This document shows, piece after piece, positions 1 through 10,434 of a DNA stretch of 64,000 nucleotides. A program made the translations under genes and the position numbers. The stretch comes from an uncultured virus (IMG/VR IMGVR_UViG_3300030376_007244) (Duplodnaviria; Heunggongvirae; Uroviricota; Caudoviricetes). The notes beneath the pieces are model-generated. The model had not been told where the DNA came from. It did no database searches and saw only the letters and a program-made list of their open reading frames with translations. The DNA lies in IMG/VR virus record IMGVR_UViG_3300030376_007244; one strand, 5' to 3'. Each line of letters starts with the position of its first letter. The first letter of the stretch is position 1.

Positions 1-3000
1 AACCAAGGAAATACTGGATCCACTGGTGGAACTGGACCGACAGGAAACACTGGACCCACTGGAGCTCAAGGTGCCGAAGGTAACTTTGGTGGTGCAACGT
101 TTGCATATACTTTTGAGACAAACACTAATAATACAAACCCAGGTGCTGGTGATATTAGACTTGATAATGCTACACAAAATGCAGCAACAGGAATTTACAT
201 ATGTGATACTGATGAGGATGGTAATGACATACAATCTTTTATGCGTACTATTGATGATTCAACAAGCACAATTAAAGGTCACGTTAAGATCTCAAATAAA
301 TTAGACTCGGCACAATTTCTACTGTTTACTATTTCAAGTTTATCAGAAGAAAGTGGTTATTTCGATATTACAGTAAGTGCCATAGATTCTTCAGCTACAA
401 ATCCATTTACCGCGAACGAAGATATTTTAATCACCTTTGCTAGAACAGGTGATAAGGGAGATACAGGTGCCACTGGACCAACTGGATCTACTGGACCACA
501 GGGAAACCAAGGTAATACTGGCCCAACTGGAGCTCAGGGCAATCAAGGAAACACAGGACCCACAGGACCTCAGGGAAATCAAGGTAACACCGGACCTACA
601 GGACCTCAAGGCAATCAGGGAAATACTGGACCTACTGGACCCCAAGGTAACCAAGGCAATACTGGACCAACAGGACCTCAAGGTAATCAGGGAAATACTG
701 GACCAACAGGACCTCAAGGTAATCAGGGAAATACTGGACCTACTGGAGGAACTGGACCTACTGGAAATACTGGACCTCAAGGAAACCAAGGAAACACCGG
801 GCCTACAGGACCACAGGGAAATCAGGGCAATACTGGACCGACAGGACCGCAAGGAAACCAAGGCAATACTGGAGCTACTGGTGGAACAGGGCCAACAGGA
901 AATACTGGACCGCAAGGAAACCAAGGCAATACTGGACCAACTGGTCCGCAGGGAAATCAGGGAAATACTGGAGCTACTGGTGGAACTGGACCTACTGGAA
1001 ACGTAGGACCTACTGGACCAACTGGACCTGCTGGACCACAGGGAAATCAGGGTAATACTGGACCTACTGGACCTCAAGGAAATCAGGGTAATACTGGAGC
1101 TACCGGATCCCCTGGAAATAATTCAAACGTAGCAGGACCTCAAGGAAACCAAGGAAATACTGGGTCTCCTGGAAATAATTCAAACGTAGCAGGACCTCAA
1201 GGAAACCAAGGAAATACTGGACCTACTGGACCCCAAGGCAATCAAGGTAACACTGGTCCAAACGGTCCACAGGGAAACCAAGGAAATACTGGAGCTCCTG
1301 GAAACAATTCAAACGTAGCAGGACCTCAAGGAAACCAAGGAAATACTGGAGCTTCATCAAACGTAGCAGGACCTCCTGGACCAACTGGACCTGGATCAAA
1401 TGTTGCTGGACCTCAAGGAAACCAAGGAAATACTGGAGCTTCATCAAATGTTGCTGGACCTCCTGGACCAACTGGACCTGCATCAAACGTAGCAGGACCT
1501 CAAGGAAATCAGGGTAATACTGGAGCTTCATCAAATGTTGCTGGACCTCCTGGACCAACTGGACCTGATGGACCAACTGGACCTGATGGACCAACTGGAC
1601 CAACGGGGCCAAATGCTGGAATAACTTCATACACAAATAACGGTAATGACAGAGTAATAACATCTGTAAATTCATCTACAATAAACGCTGAATCTGCTCT
1701 AATATTTGATGGTCGTAACTTAGGTGTCGGTAATAACCCAAACTATGAATTAGATGTATCCAATACTGGTCTTACTGAGGGTAGAATAAGAGCAACTTCA
1801 GCTGGAAGAGCAAGGTTACACTTAGATGGATATAACGACATAGCAGAAATTTACTTTGCTAGAACTGGTACAAACAAATCTGCAATATATCAAGACTCAT
1901 CTGGAACAGTGTTAAATGTTTATAGTTTTCAAAATAATAATGAAATAATGACGTGGGATTTTGTTAATGACAGAGTTGGTATCGATGATTCATCACCCTC
2001 ATATAAATTAGATGTAAATGGAACAGGTAGGTTTACAGGCGCATTGCAGCTTGATACTGCAGCTGCTCAAAATTCAGAAGCAACTTCATTGATGATAAAT
2101 GGTAGTGGTGTAATTGGTACGAGAGAATTAGGAAGTAATGCTTTCAATAGTACAGCATTTACTACAAACACTGGTACAGTTACATCTGTGGCAACTTCTG
2201 GTAATGTAAACGGAATAACCTTAACAGGTGGAACTATTACTACATCAGGTACCGTTACATTGGGTGGAACGCTTTCTATCAACAACGGTGATTGGAGTGG
2301 TACAGATTTAGCAGTTGCAAATGGTGGTACTGGAGCAAGTGATACTTCTACTGCTCGTTCAAATTTAGGCTTACAGATTGGTGTAGATGTACAAGGATAT
2401 GATGCTGACTTAGCCGCTATTGCAGGTCTTACACCAGCCGACGGATCATTTATAGTTGGAACAGGTACAAGTGCTGGTAATTGGGCGGTTGAGACGGGAT
2501 TAGTTGCTGTAGGTAATGCCCTAACTTCATTTACTACATTCTCAGGCGCTGCAGCAAATACTCCTTTGGGTGCAGATCTTATTCCCATCTATGACTCGGA
2601 TCAAGGTGCTTGGAAAAAAGACACAATAACCAACGCTGCATTACAGGGACCTACTGGACCACAAGGAAACCAAGGAAATACTGGAGCAACTGGAGGAACT
2701 GGACCTACTGGAGGAACTGGACCTACTGGAGGAACTGGACCTGCTGGACCTACTGGACCTGATGGACCTGCTGGACCTCCTGGACCAACTGGAGGAACTG
2801 GACCTACTGGAGGAACTGGACCAACTGGACCTGCTGGACCAACTGGACCAACGGGGCCAAATGCTGGGATAACTTCATACACAAATAATGGAAATAACAG
2901 AATACTAACATCTGTTGATTCATCTACTATCAATGGTGAAGCTAGCTTGACTTTTGATGGTACTGAACTCTTATCGCTAGCTGGTGGAGGATCTCAAGCT

Positions 3001-3684
3001 CAGTTTTTGATGAACGATACCCAACACCATGGTGGAAACGCTGGTATTTCAATTCAAAGTAATACCATAACCCTTGGTGACATAAACAACAATGATATGT
3101 GTGATAGAATATTTTTCCAAGTTATGGGTGGTGCCAGAATGACAATTAATGATTCAGTAGTCTCAGTGGATGAACCATTCGTTTGTACAAACGGAGATTC
3201 GACTTCTCCAGGTCTTCAATTTGGTAGTGCTAATGATGGGTTCTTCCATGATACTTCTGATCCAGGTCAGGGTATAAAGATGATGGTAAACAACGCCAAC
3301 GAATTTTTATTTGCTAATGGCGGTGACTTTCACGCTGATGCCGATGTAATTGCTTTCTCTACTACAATCTCAGATAAAAGACTAAAGGATAATGTTGTAA
3401 CCATTGAGTCGCCTATGGATAAAATAAAAAGACTTCGAGGAGTTGAGTATGTTTGGAATATTGGTAAGAGAAAAGGGAAAAAAGATTTAGGTGTAATTGC
3501 TCAAGAAGTAGAAAAAGTAATACCAGAAATTGTTAAAGAAAAATATATGCCATTCATAGATGATACAGACACAAAGTATAAAACTGTTGATTATGAAAAA
3601 TTAACAGCAGTTCTCATAGAGGGTATAAAAGACCAACAAAAACAAATCGATGAACTTAGACGAGAAGTAGAGGAGCTGAAATAA
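1..3684 (+). CDS. Collagen-like tail fibre with C-terminal Peptidase S74 intramolecular chaperone; 5' end lies outside the window
   Basis: Frame 1 is open from base 1 ([10 protein letters not shown]...[10 protein letters not shown]...), so the ATG at 241 is internal. Long G-X-Y tracts; C-terminal [12 protein letters not shown]...LRGVEYVW...[13 protein letters not shown]...VDYEKL plus coiled coil is typical of S74. Confidence 0.9.
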   Translation, partial: NQGNTGSTGGTGPTGNTGPTGAQGAEGNFGGATFAYTFETNTNNTNPGAGDIRLDNATQNAATGIYICDTDEDGNDIQSFMRTIDDSTSTIKGHVKISNKLDSAQFLLFTISSLSEESGYFDITVSAIDSSATNPFTANEDILITFARTGDKGDTGATGPTGSTGPQGNQGNTGPTGAQGNQGNTGPTGPQGNQGNTGPTGPQGNQGNTGPTGPQGNQGNTGPTGPQGNQGNTGPTGPQGNQGNTGPTGGTGPTGNTGPQGNQGNTGPTGPQGNQGNTGPTGPQGNQGNTGATGGTGPTGNTGPQGNQGNTGPTGPQGNQGNTGATGGTGPTGNVGPTGPTGPAGPQGNQGNTGPTGPQGNQGNTGATGSPGNNSNVAGPQGNQGNTGSPGNNSNVAGPQGNQGNTGPTGPQGNQGNTGPNGPQGNQGNTGAPGNNSNVAGPQGNQGNTGASSNVAGPPGPTGPGSNVAGPQGNQGNTGASSNVAGPPGPTGPASNVAGPQGNQGNTGASSNVAGPPGPTGPDGPTGPDGPTGPTGPNAGITSYTNNGNDRVITSVNSSTINAESALIFDGRNLGVGNNPNYELDVSNTGLTEGRIRATSAGRARLHLDGYNDIAEIYFARTGTNKSAIYQDSSGTVLNVYSFQNNNEIMTWDFVNDRVGIDDSSPSYKLDVNGTGRFTGALQLDTAAAQNSEATSLMINGSGVIGTRELGSNAFNSTAFTTNTGTVTSVATSGNVNGITLTGGTITTSGTVTLGGTLSINNGDWSGTDLAVANGGTGASDTSTARSNLGLQIGVDVQGYDADLAAIAGLTPADGSFIVGTGTSAGNWAVETGLVAVGNALTSFTTFSGAAANTPLGADLIPIYDSDQGAWKKDTITNAALQGPTGPQGNQGNTGATGGTGPTGGTGPTGGTGPAGPTGPDGPAGPPGPTGGTGPTGGTGPTGPAGPTGPTGPNAGITSYTNNGNNRILTSVDSSTINGEASLTFDGTELLSLAGGGSQAQFLMNDTQHHGGNAGISIQSNTITLGDINNNDMCDRIFFQVMGGARMTINDSVVSVDEPFVCTNGDSTSPGLQFGSANDGFFHDTSDPGQGIKMMVNNANEFLFANGGDFHADADVIAFSTTISDKRLKDNVVTIESPMDKIKRLRGVEYVWNIGKRKGKKDLGVIAQEVEKVIPEIVKEKYMPFIDDTDTKYKTVDYEKLTAVLIEGIKDQQKQIDELRREVEELK
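448..1614 (+). repeat. Collagen-coding tandem repeats (36-nt unit [12 protein letters not shown] and variants)
   Basis: Many near-identical ggacctcaaggaaaccaaggaaatactggacc units, no unique spacers; limits approximate. Confidence 0.9.
2647..2862 (+). repeat. Second collagen tract of fibre 1 (GPT/GGT/GPA triplets)
   Basis: Tandem ggacctactggaggaact units; limits approximate. Confidence 0.85.
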
Positions 3685-4496
3685 TGGCAGTTCCTGGCAG
3701 CGGTGAACTTAGTTTACTACAAATTTGGAATGAGAAAAATGAAAGTGATTATACTTCTACTAATCAAGATGGTGAGAGTGATTTTAGTTTAAGGGGGATG
3801 TCTGATGATAATATCAGTGACAGTAGTGGTGGAAATATAACTATAAATACTGCTGGTGGTGGTAATGGTTTACAGACTCAGAATCAACCACACTCAGCGA
3901 GTGAGTTTTATGGTTATGACCATGATGCTGTTGCACTTCCATCGGTAGGTGCTTATGGTAATAGTAACTCTACCATAATGTTTTCAGGAAATCAAGGTAC
4001 TAGTTTAGTAACCGTTTCGAATATAGACTTATCATCAGCAGCTTATGTAGGACAATCACTCATCGGTGCGACAGGTCACATTTTCTTTAGGTTTGAGTCA
4101 GGAACATCTTTTAGATCTGATGCTCAGTTGACCAGACTAATTTACAACGGTGGTTCTGTATTCAAATCATTTTCTTCATCAGGAGTCAATGGTATTTTAA
4201 CAACAGATGAAACCACCAATGCAGCATACGATCACAGTGCTACATTTAATCAAGTTGGTACGAGTACTTCAAATAGAGGAAGTTGGGTTCAACTTAATGG
4301 TACACCACCTTCAGGTCAAACAGGTGTAAATGCAGATGCTATTTATTACGAATCAAGTGGTAATCAAGGAAGAAACAAAGATGTTTATCTAAGGTTTCCT
4401 GAGATTACTTTTTCTTCCAATACTATGACTTATGAAGGTTATGGTTACGGATCAAACATGGGTACTCTGTACTTAGGTATTTACATAACGGGATAA
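3684..4496 (+). CDS. Fibre-associated protein, possible distal adhesin
   Basis: N-terminus [17 protein letters not shown] resembles the MALPSSGxISL start common after S74 fibres; Ser/Gly/Thr-rich body; TAATG coupling to fibre. Confidence 0.6.
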   Translation: MAVPGSGELSLLQIWNEKNESDYTSTNQDGESDFSLRGMSDDNISDSSGGNITINTAGGGNGLQTQNQPHSASEFYGYDHDAVALPSVGAYGNSNSTIMFSGNQGTSLVTVSNIDLSSAAYVGQSLIGATGHIFFRFESGTSFRSDAQLTRLIYNGGSVFKSFSSSGVNGILTTDETTNAAYDHSATFNQVGTSTSNRGSWVQLNGTPPSGQTGVNADAIYYESSGNQGRNKDVYLRFPEITFSSNTMTYEGYGYGSNMGTLYLGIYITG

Positions 4497-4500
4497 TGAT

Positions 4501-4746
4501 ATGAGTCTAATACACAGTGGAAGTTGCGATGGTACAACACAATTATCCGAATCAATATACATATGCAGAACAGAAGATTATAGTATCATTAGTACAAAGG
4601 GAGCGACTTCAGGTTCATTACTAAAAATATCTTCAACTCACAATATGGATAGTGATGATGAAGAGATAGGTGACTTTATAACGGGCTCATTTTGTCCAGA
4701 ATGTAATGTGTTTTGGGTAGGAAATGATGTTAGTGGTTCGTATTAA
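4501..4746 (+). CDS. Hypothetical protein with CPEC motif
   Basis: 81-aa ORF filling the gap in the operon; Cys-rich. Confidence 0.6.
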   Translation: MSLIHSGSCDGTTQLSESIYICRTEDYSIISTKGATSGSLLKISSTHNMDSDDEEIGDFITGSFCPECNVFWVGNDVSGSY

Positions 4747-4759
4747 TTTGACATAAGTT

Positions 4760-4767
4760 ATATTTAT
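4760..4767 (+). promoter_or_regulatory. Putative late promoter core ATATTTAT
   Basis: Same core recurs upstream of sheath, tube and tape-measure units. Confidence 0.5.
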
Positions 4768-4790
4768 TATTATAATCAATAGGAAATAAA

Positions 4791-7700
4791 ATGGCAGGTT
4801 CACCTCCAGCTGATTCACCCTCACCAGGGTTTGCAACACCACCAAGAACTCTTAAAGGATCATTACGAGTAAAAAAGAGATTCTTTACTAAGGTGTCATC
4901 CTCTAATCAAAGATCGTTTATTTCCAGTTCAGTAGATAAAGAGATGGAATCATCAGATGGTAAATTTGGTGATAAAGCCATACACGCGTATGACTCAGCA
5001 TCTAAAACCCATTTAGTATCAGAAGAATTTTTTGAAGAGGTTTCTAAGTCTAGAGAATCTGGTCAGTTTATATATGATAGTGCTATGGCACCATATACTG
5101 CTCCTATTATGCTGAGTGTAGAAGAACTTAGGGAAGATGTAGAAGATATATTTCAATACGTTACTGGGTCTGGTGTACAGGGAAATCAAGGGGCAGCAGG
5201 TCCACAGGGTGCAGCAGGATCAAATGGAAGTAATGGACCACAGGGTCCGACTGGTCCTGATGGTAGAGATGGAGCAAATGGATCACCAGGCAATAATGGT
5301 AATAGAGGTGCACAAGGAGCTGCAGGAAATAATGGTGCACAGGGGAATAATGGTGCACAAGGAAATCAAGGTCCTCAAGGTTCTGAAGGTAATTTTGGTG
5401 GAGCTACTTTTCAATACAGATATAATAGTCAAGCTAACAGTGGAGACCCAGGTAGTGGAGCATTCATCACAAACAAGTCTACACAAAATGCATCAGACGT
5501 TATCATGGTCGATGATCTAGATGCTGGTAGCGAAGATATACAAACATATTTACGAACAATAGACGATTCTACTAGTACAATAAAAGGACATGTAAAAATG
5601 TCTTTACGTACAGACAGTGATAAATTTATTATGATGACCATCACTCGTGTAACTGAAGAAACTGGATACTTTGCCATTTCTGGAGGAGTTGTTGCTTCAT
5701 CAGATTCAAGTCCATTTAGTAACGGTGATTTTTGTATATTAACGTTTGCAAGAACTGGTGATAAGGGTGATACTGGATCTCAAGGTGCAAGAGGTGCACA
5801 AGGAGCAGCTGGAGCTCAAGGAAACACAGGAGCAGATGGACCAGCTGGAAATGATTCAAATGTTGCTGGTCCTCAAGGACAAAGAGGAGCACAAGGGGTA
5901 AGAGGAGCAGATGGACCAAATGGACCACAGGGTAATACTGGTGCACAAGGAAATCAAGGAAATACTGGACCAGCTGGAAACGATTCAAATGTAGCGGGTC
6001 CCCAAGGACCAAGAGGAAACACTGGAGCTGCTGGTGGAGACGGTAAACCTGGTACTGATGGAGGCACAGGAGCTCAGGGACAAAGAGGTGCACAAGGTTC
6101 AACTGGAGCTAACGGACCAAATGGACCACAAGGTAATACAGGAAATCAAGGAAACCAAGGTAATACTGGACCTCAGGGAAATCAAGGAAATACCGGACCA
6201 CAGGGATTAAGAGGAGCACAAGGCTTAACTGGGTCACAGGGAAACCAGGGAAGAACTGGCCCACAAGGTGCAGCTGGAAACAATGGAAGTAACGGAGCTC
6301 AAGGTGCACAAGGAAACCAAGGAAATACAGGAGCACAGGGTCCACAAGGAATATCTGGAGATTCTAACAAACATCTAAGTTTAGTTGTTGGGTCCAACAT
6401 GTCAGTAGATCAAACTGGACATAAGTTTTCTAAGACAGCTAACGATGCAAGTTGGAATGGTGAAGTAAGATCTGGAACTGGTTATAAAAGTGGATGCGTA
6501 ATTATAGTTTCACCAAATCAGACAAATAAATATTTTATGATTGGTTTAAATACTGATCCTGCAACAAATACTAGTTACAGTTCAATAGATTATGCTCTGT
6601 ATTTACATGGCGGTGGTGTTATAAAAATATATGAAGGTAGTTCTAATCCTTATAATGGAGGAGCGTATTCTGCTGGGGATATTTTTGCAATCACATATGA
6701 TAATGATAAAATTAGATACTATCATAATGGTAGTCTTTTAAGAACAGTTGATGTTTCGGCTGATTTAACCTTTTACTTAGATTCTTCATTTTACAATACA
6801 GGTACAGATCTAACTAGACACGTTTCTTTTTTACCAATGGGTCAAGTCGGACCTACAGGACCACAAGGTAATACAGGAGCACAAGGTCCTCGTGGAAACA
6901 CTGGAGCTGCTGGCGCAGATGGTAAGCCTGGAACAAACGGAAGCAACGGTGCACAAGGAGCAGCTGGAATAAACGGAAGTAACGGAGCTCAAGGAAACCA
7001 GGGTAATACTGGAGCTTCATCAAATGTTGCTGGACCACAAGGAGCAGCTGGTAATAATTCTAATGTTGCAGGTCCTCAAGGATTAAAAGGTGCACAGGGA
7101 AATCAAGGTAATACAGGGTCTCCTGGAAATAATTCAAATGTTGCAGGTCCACAAGGACCAGCAGGAAACAATTCAAATGTTGCAGGTCCTCAAGGATTGA
7201 GAGGTGCACAAGGTGCAAGAGGTGTACAAGGATCAGCTGGAAGTAATGGAGCACAGGGACCAGCAGGAAACGATGGAAGTAATGGAAGTAACGGAGCTCA
7301 AGGACCAAGGGGAAACACTGGAGCTGCTGGCGCAGATGGTAAGCCTGGAACAAACGGAAGTAATGGAGCACAGGGAAACCAGGGAAGAACTGGCCCACAA
7401 GGTGCAGCTGGTAATAATGGAAGCAATGGAGCACAAGGACCAGCAGGAAACAATGGAAGCAATGGAGCACAAGGAGCAGCTGGTAATAATGGAAGTAACG
7501 GTGCACAGGGAGCAGCTGGATCAAACGGAAGTAATGGAGCACAAGGACCAACTGGACCAAATGGACCTCCTGGAAACAATGGAAGCAATGGAGCACAAGG
7601 TCCTCGAGGATTTAATGGTACACTGGGTGCAGCAGGACCACAAGGACCAACTGGACCAGCAGGACCAGCTGGTAATAATGGCGCAGCTGGACCACAAGGA

Positions 7701-7850
7701 CCAACTGGACCAGCAGGATCGGCAGGACCACAAGGACCTTCAGGTGCTAGCAATAGTGCATTCACTGGAAACCAGGTGGTTGTATATAATGCTAAGGGTC
7801 AAACAGTAACATTTACATTTGATAAGGGAATATGTACTAGAATAAGATAG
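4791..7850 (+). CDS. Second collagen-like fibre protein with an internal lectin/SPRY-like beta domain (about 6363-6839)
   Basis: Three G-X-Y tracts (about 5172-5396, 5757-6362, 6840-7748); globular domain shared with fibre 1; beta-rich domain FMIGLNTDP...IDYALY...YSAGDIFAITYDNDKIRYYHNG. Confidence 0.85.
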   Translation: MAGSPPADSPSPGFATPPRTLKGSLRVKKRFFTKVSSSNQRSFISSSVDKEMESSDGKFGDKAIHAYDSASKTHLVSEEFFEEVSKSRESGQFIYDSAMAPYTAPIMLSVEELREDVEDIFQYVTGSGVQGNQGAAGPQGAAGSNGSNGPQGPTGPDGRDGANGSPGNNGNRGAQGAAGNNGAQGNNGAQGNQGPQGSEGNFGGATFQYRYNSQANSGDPGSGAFITNKSTQNASDVIMVDDLDAGSEDIQTYLRTIDDSTSTIKGHVKMSLRTDSDKFIMMTITRVTEETGYFAISGGVVASSDSSPFSNGDFCILTFARTGDKGDTGSQGARGAQGAAGAQGNTGADGPAGNDSNVAGPQGQRGAQGVRGADGPNGPQGNTGAQGNQGNTGPAGNDSNVAGPQGPRGNTGAAGGDGKPGTDGGTGAQGQRGAQGSTGANGPNGPQGNTGNQGNQGNTGPQGNQGNTGPQGLRGAQGLTGSQGNQGRTGPQGAAGNNGSNGAQGAQGNQGNTGAQGPQGISGDSNKHLSLVVGSNMSVDQTGHKFSKTANDASWNGEVRSGTGYKSGCVIIVSPNQTNKYFMIGLNTDPATNTSYSSIDYALYLHGGGVIKIYEGSSNPYNGGAYSAGDIFAITYDNDKIRYYHNGSLLRTVDVSADLTFYLDSSFYNTGTDLTRHVSFLPMGQVGPTGPQGNTGAQGPRGNTGAAGADGKPGTNGSNGAQGAAGINGSNGAQGNQGNTGASSNVAGPQGAAGNNSNVAGPQGLKGAQGNQGNTGSPGNNSNVAGPQGPAGNNSNVAGPQGLRGAQGARGVQGSAGSNGAQGPAGNDGSNGSNGAQGPRGNTGAAGADGKPGTNGSNGAQGNQGRTGPQGAAGNNGSNGAQGPAGNNGSNGAQGAAGNNGSNGAQGAAGSNGSNGAQGPTGPNGPPGNNGSNGAQGPRGFNGTLGAAGPQGPTGPAGPAGNNGAAGPQGPTGPAGSAGPQGPSGASNSAFTGNQVVVYNAKGQTVTFTFDKGICTRIR

Positions 7851-7864
7851 TACAAAAAAATTAG

Positions 7865-7890
7865 TTTTAGAATTTTAATTTAATATATAT
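7865..7890 (+). promoter_or_regulatory. Putative middle-class promoter TTTT-N14-ATATATAT
   Basis: TTTT at 7865, ATATATAT at 7883; same 18-nt offset at several other intergenic sites. Confidence 0.6.
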
Positions 7891-7907
7891 TATAAAAGAG
7901 GTTTTTC

Positions 7908-8501
7908 TTGCGAGGTGAATGGTGTTATTATAAACAAGCTTTTACAGAGGCCGAATGTGACGAGATAGTCAACATTGGGTTGTCAGGAGATTTAGGGTCT
8001 GGTGTTGTTGGAGATGGAGAATGGGGAAACTCTGACAGTATAACAGATTATGATATGAGAAATAGCGACCTAAGGTTTATAAATCCTGGTGAACTTGGAA
8101 CACAATGGATATTTGATAAAATGTGGAGATTGGCTTTAGAAGCAAACAAACAGTGGTTCAGTTTTCATTTAGAAGAAATAGAAAGTTTTCAATTTACACA
8201 GTACGATGGTAGCAAGAAGCAACATTATAGAGAACACGTTGATGTTTTTTGGGTTACTCGTAAACCTTCACATAGAAAATTATCAGCTGTAGTACAGTTA
8301 TCACATTCAGATGCATACATAGGTGGAGATTTAGAATTTAGACGTTTAGATGAATATCCTGATGATGGCCAAAAAGCTGAAATGAGATTAAAGGGATCAG
8401 TAATATTTTTCCCTTCGTTTGTTAGTCATTTAGTTTCCCCAGTAACATTGGGTATGAGACATAGTTTAGTAGTTTGGATTGACGGTCCAAAATGGAGATA
8501 A
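7908..8501 (+). CDS. 2OG-Fe(II) oxygenase, prolyl-4-hydroxylase/PKHD-like
   Basis: HVD...RKLSAVVQLS...GGDLEF...FFPSFVSHLVSPVTLGMRHSLVVW gives HxD..H triad and RxS; TTG start after GAGG. Confidence 0.85.
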   Translation: MRGEWCYYKQAFTEAECDEIVNIGLSGDLGSGVVGDGEWGNSDSITDYDMRNSDLRFINPGELGTQWIFDKMWRLALEANKQWFSFHLEEIESFQFTQYDGSKKQHYREHVDVFWVTRKPSHRKLSAVVQLSHSDAYIGGDLEFRRLDEYPDDGQKAEMRLKGSVIFFPSFVSHLVSPVTLGMRHSLVVWIDGPKWR

Positions 8502-8502
8502 A

Positions 8503-9540
8503 GTGAAACGGTTTTGTATCAATACACTAACTCATTCTGGAGAGAATAGAGTACAGCTTTTAAAAAAGACCATTGATCTGTTTGTGGACAATACAAACTT
8601 CGATACGTTAGATTGGTTTATTTACATAAATGGGTCAGATAAATCATATGATGGAATAGAAAGAGAATTTACTTCTAAATATCCACACATCAAGTGGAAC
8701 ATTACACATTCAAGTGTAAATTTTGGTGTTGGAGCTGGTATAAACAAACTAAATAGTTATTCTAAGGATTATGAATATACCTTGTTTTTAGAAGGTGATT
8801 GGTTTACTGTACCAGAAAATTTATCATTTATTGGTAAAGATTGGTTGAATACATCTTTGGATTTGTTAGATGAATCAAATATATCTCAAATCTTTCTTAG
8901 AAAATATATCGATGACATGGACGATAGACAATATGGGTATGGATACTGGATTAGGGAAAACAATATAACTTCATCAATTACAAAAAACGAAATAGAATAT
9001 TTAGTGTTGAAAGAGAAAGAGTACAGTAATAATCCACATATAAGAAGAAATTCTGACTATTATGATGTTGGTATATTTCCATTAACTGAGTTCTATGATG
9101 AAGATGGTAATCCAACAGAAATAAAAGGAAATAAGGATTGGGGACAAGCAGAAATTACAGCTGAAAATTTGGGAAAGCAACTATCAACTGTTTACATAAA
9201 GTTTGGAAAGTTTATTCATGGTGACAGGTATGATAGAAATATGAATGAAATAGGACTTAGAGGTTGTGGAGGATGTAAATTTGGATTAATGGAACCAACT
9301 AAGTGGTGGTGTTCTGCCTGTACAGATGATGATGAATTTACACAGTTTGAACAGCAACAGTGGTATTATGAACGAGAGTTGGATAGTGTGATAAAAGAAA
9401 ACAAAGACGATCCAGATAAAATATATGAGGTAGCAAGAAAATATCACAGAGCAGATCAAGATTATATAACAAAGGTTAGACTACCAAACTATAAACTTTC
9501 TATAGATGAGCTAAATGAAAACGAGCGGTTTGAAAGATAA
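8503..9540 (+). CDS. GT-A fold glycosyltransferase-like protein with Cys-rich C-terminal part
   Basis: YINGS...NFGVGAGINKL...YTLFLEGDW follows the GT2 pattern (ExD for DxD); GTG at 8503 after GGAG preferred to 8479. Confidence 0.6.
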   Translation: MKRFCINTLTHSGENRVQLLKKTIDLFVDNTNFDTLDWFIYINGSDKSYDGIEREFTSKYPHIKWNITHSSVNFGVGAGINKLNSYSKDYEYTLFLEGDWFTVPENLSFIGKDWLNTSLDLLDESNISQIFLRKYIDDMDDRQYGYGYWIRENNITSSITKNEIEYLVLKEKEYSNNPHIRRNSDYYDVGIFPLTEFYDEDGNPTEIKGNKDWGQAEITAENLGKQLSTVYIKFGKFIHGDRYDRNMNEIGLRGCGGCKFGLMEPTKWWCSACTDDDEFTQFEQQQWYYERELDSVIKENKDDPDKIYEVARKYHRADQDYITKVRLPNYKLSIDELNENERFER

Positions 9541-10433
9541 TGCAAGTACCAGATTTATTTTGTCATAATACTAATATTGAAACATTCTTTATGCATGTTG
9601 AAGATTCTAATATGAATGGATGGATAGCATCTACAGTTCCAATTGATACAATATCTATTGGAGAACGATCGTTGGTTTTTGATAGAAATAGTGTAAGAAA
9701 TGATGTTCAAGATTCATTGAATAATAATTCTGTAGCGTATTCGGTACAGTTTCCAAGATCTAGAGAAAGTTCTACAGATCCGATATGGGTTAATGGGCAA
9801 AATGCTGGAACTCTGTTTAAATATTATGTTTACCATTCTGGTTTTAATGTAAAAAATAATGATTTAGATATGGTAGTTGTAGAAAATTTTTATGATGATC
9901 CAGATATGGTTAGGGAGTTTGCTCTAAATTTAGAATATGGGGTAAACACTGCACACAGAGGATATTCTGCAAATTCATGGACATTGGATGGGACCAAGGA
10001 AAGATTCGAACAAATACTGCAAACTGAAATATTAGATTGGAACGACTCAAGATATAGAAATGGAATGTTTCAATATATTACTGGTAAAGACCCAATCGTT
10101 CACCATGTAGATGAAAACAATTATGCTGGAATAATCTATTTAACACCAGATGCACCGTTTGAAAGTGGTACTAGCTTTTACGAAAGCAAGTCTGAACGTA
10201 GAAGCTGGTTCAATCATGACCCAAATGATCGGGAAGCATATGAAAGAGCCTTCGAAGGTAATTTTTACAACAGACATAAGTTTACAGAGATAGATAGAAT
10301 AGGAAACGTTTATAATAGGTTAGTATTGTGGGACTCATTTAAGATACACGCCGCAACGCAGCATTTTGGAAATGACATGTACGATTCTAGATTGTTTCAT
10401 ATATTCTTTTTTGATACAGATGGAGGAAAGTAA
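9540..10433 (+). CDS. DUF6445-like 2OG-Fe(II) oxygenase with N-terminal extension
   Basis: VVENFYDDPDMVREFAL, HVD, AGIIYLTPDAP..SGTSFY, NVYNRLVLWDS..IHAA, SRL. Confidence 0.7.
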   Translation: MQVPDLFCHNTNIETFFMHVEDSNMNGWIASTVPIDTISIGERSLVFDRNSVRNDVQDSLNNNSVAYSVQFPRSRESSTDPIWVNGQNAGTLFKYYVYHSGFNVKNNDLDMVVVENFYDDPDMVREFALNLEYGVNTAHRGYSANSWTLDGTKERFEQILQTEILDWNDSRYRNGMFQYITGKDPIVHHVDENNYAGIIYLTPDAPFESGTSFYESKSERRSWFNHDPNDREAYERAFEGNFYNRHKFTEIDRIGNVYNRLVLWDSFKIHAATQHFGNDMYDSRLFHIFFFDTDGGK

Positions 10434-10434
10434 A

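Noticed and set aside
448..1614. 36-nt tandem repeats as a CRISPR array
   Set aside because: No unique spacers, in frame within a CDS, variation at third codon positions, no cas operon.
1588..2961. Duplicated segment as a diversity-generating retroelement TR/VR pair
   Set aside because: Both copies are coding within one gene, differences are not confined to adenines, and no reverse transcriptase is in the window.
26..7809. Many alternate-frame and minus-strand ORFs over the collagen genes (e.g. 427-1077, 437-1006, 2601-2933, 7298-7765)
   Set aside because: Shadows of repetitive GGA/CCA/ACT codons that lack stops in other frames; no SD or independent features.
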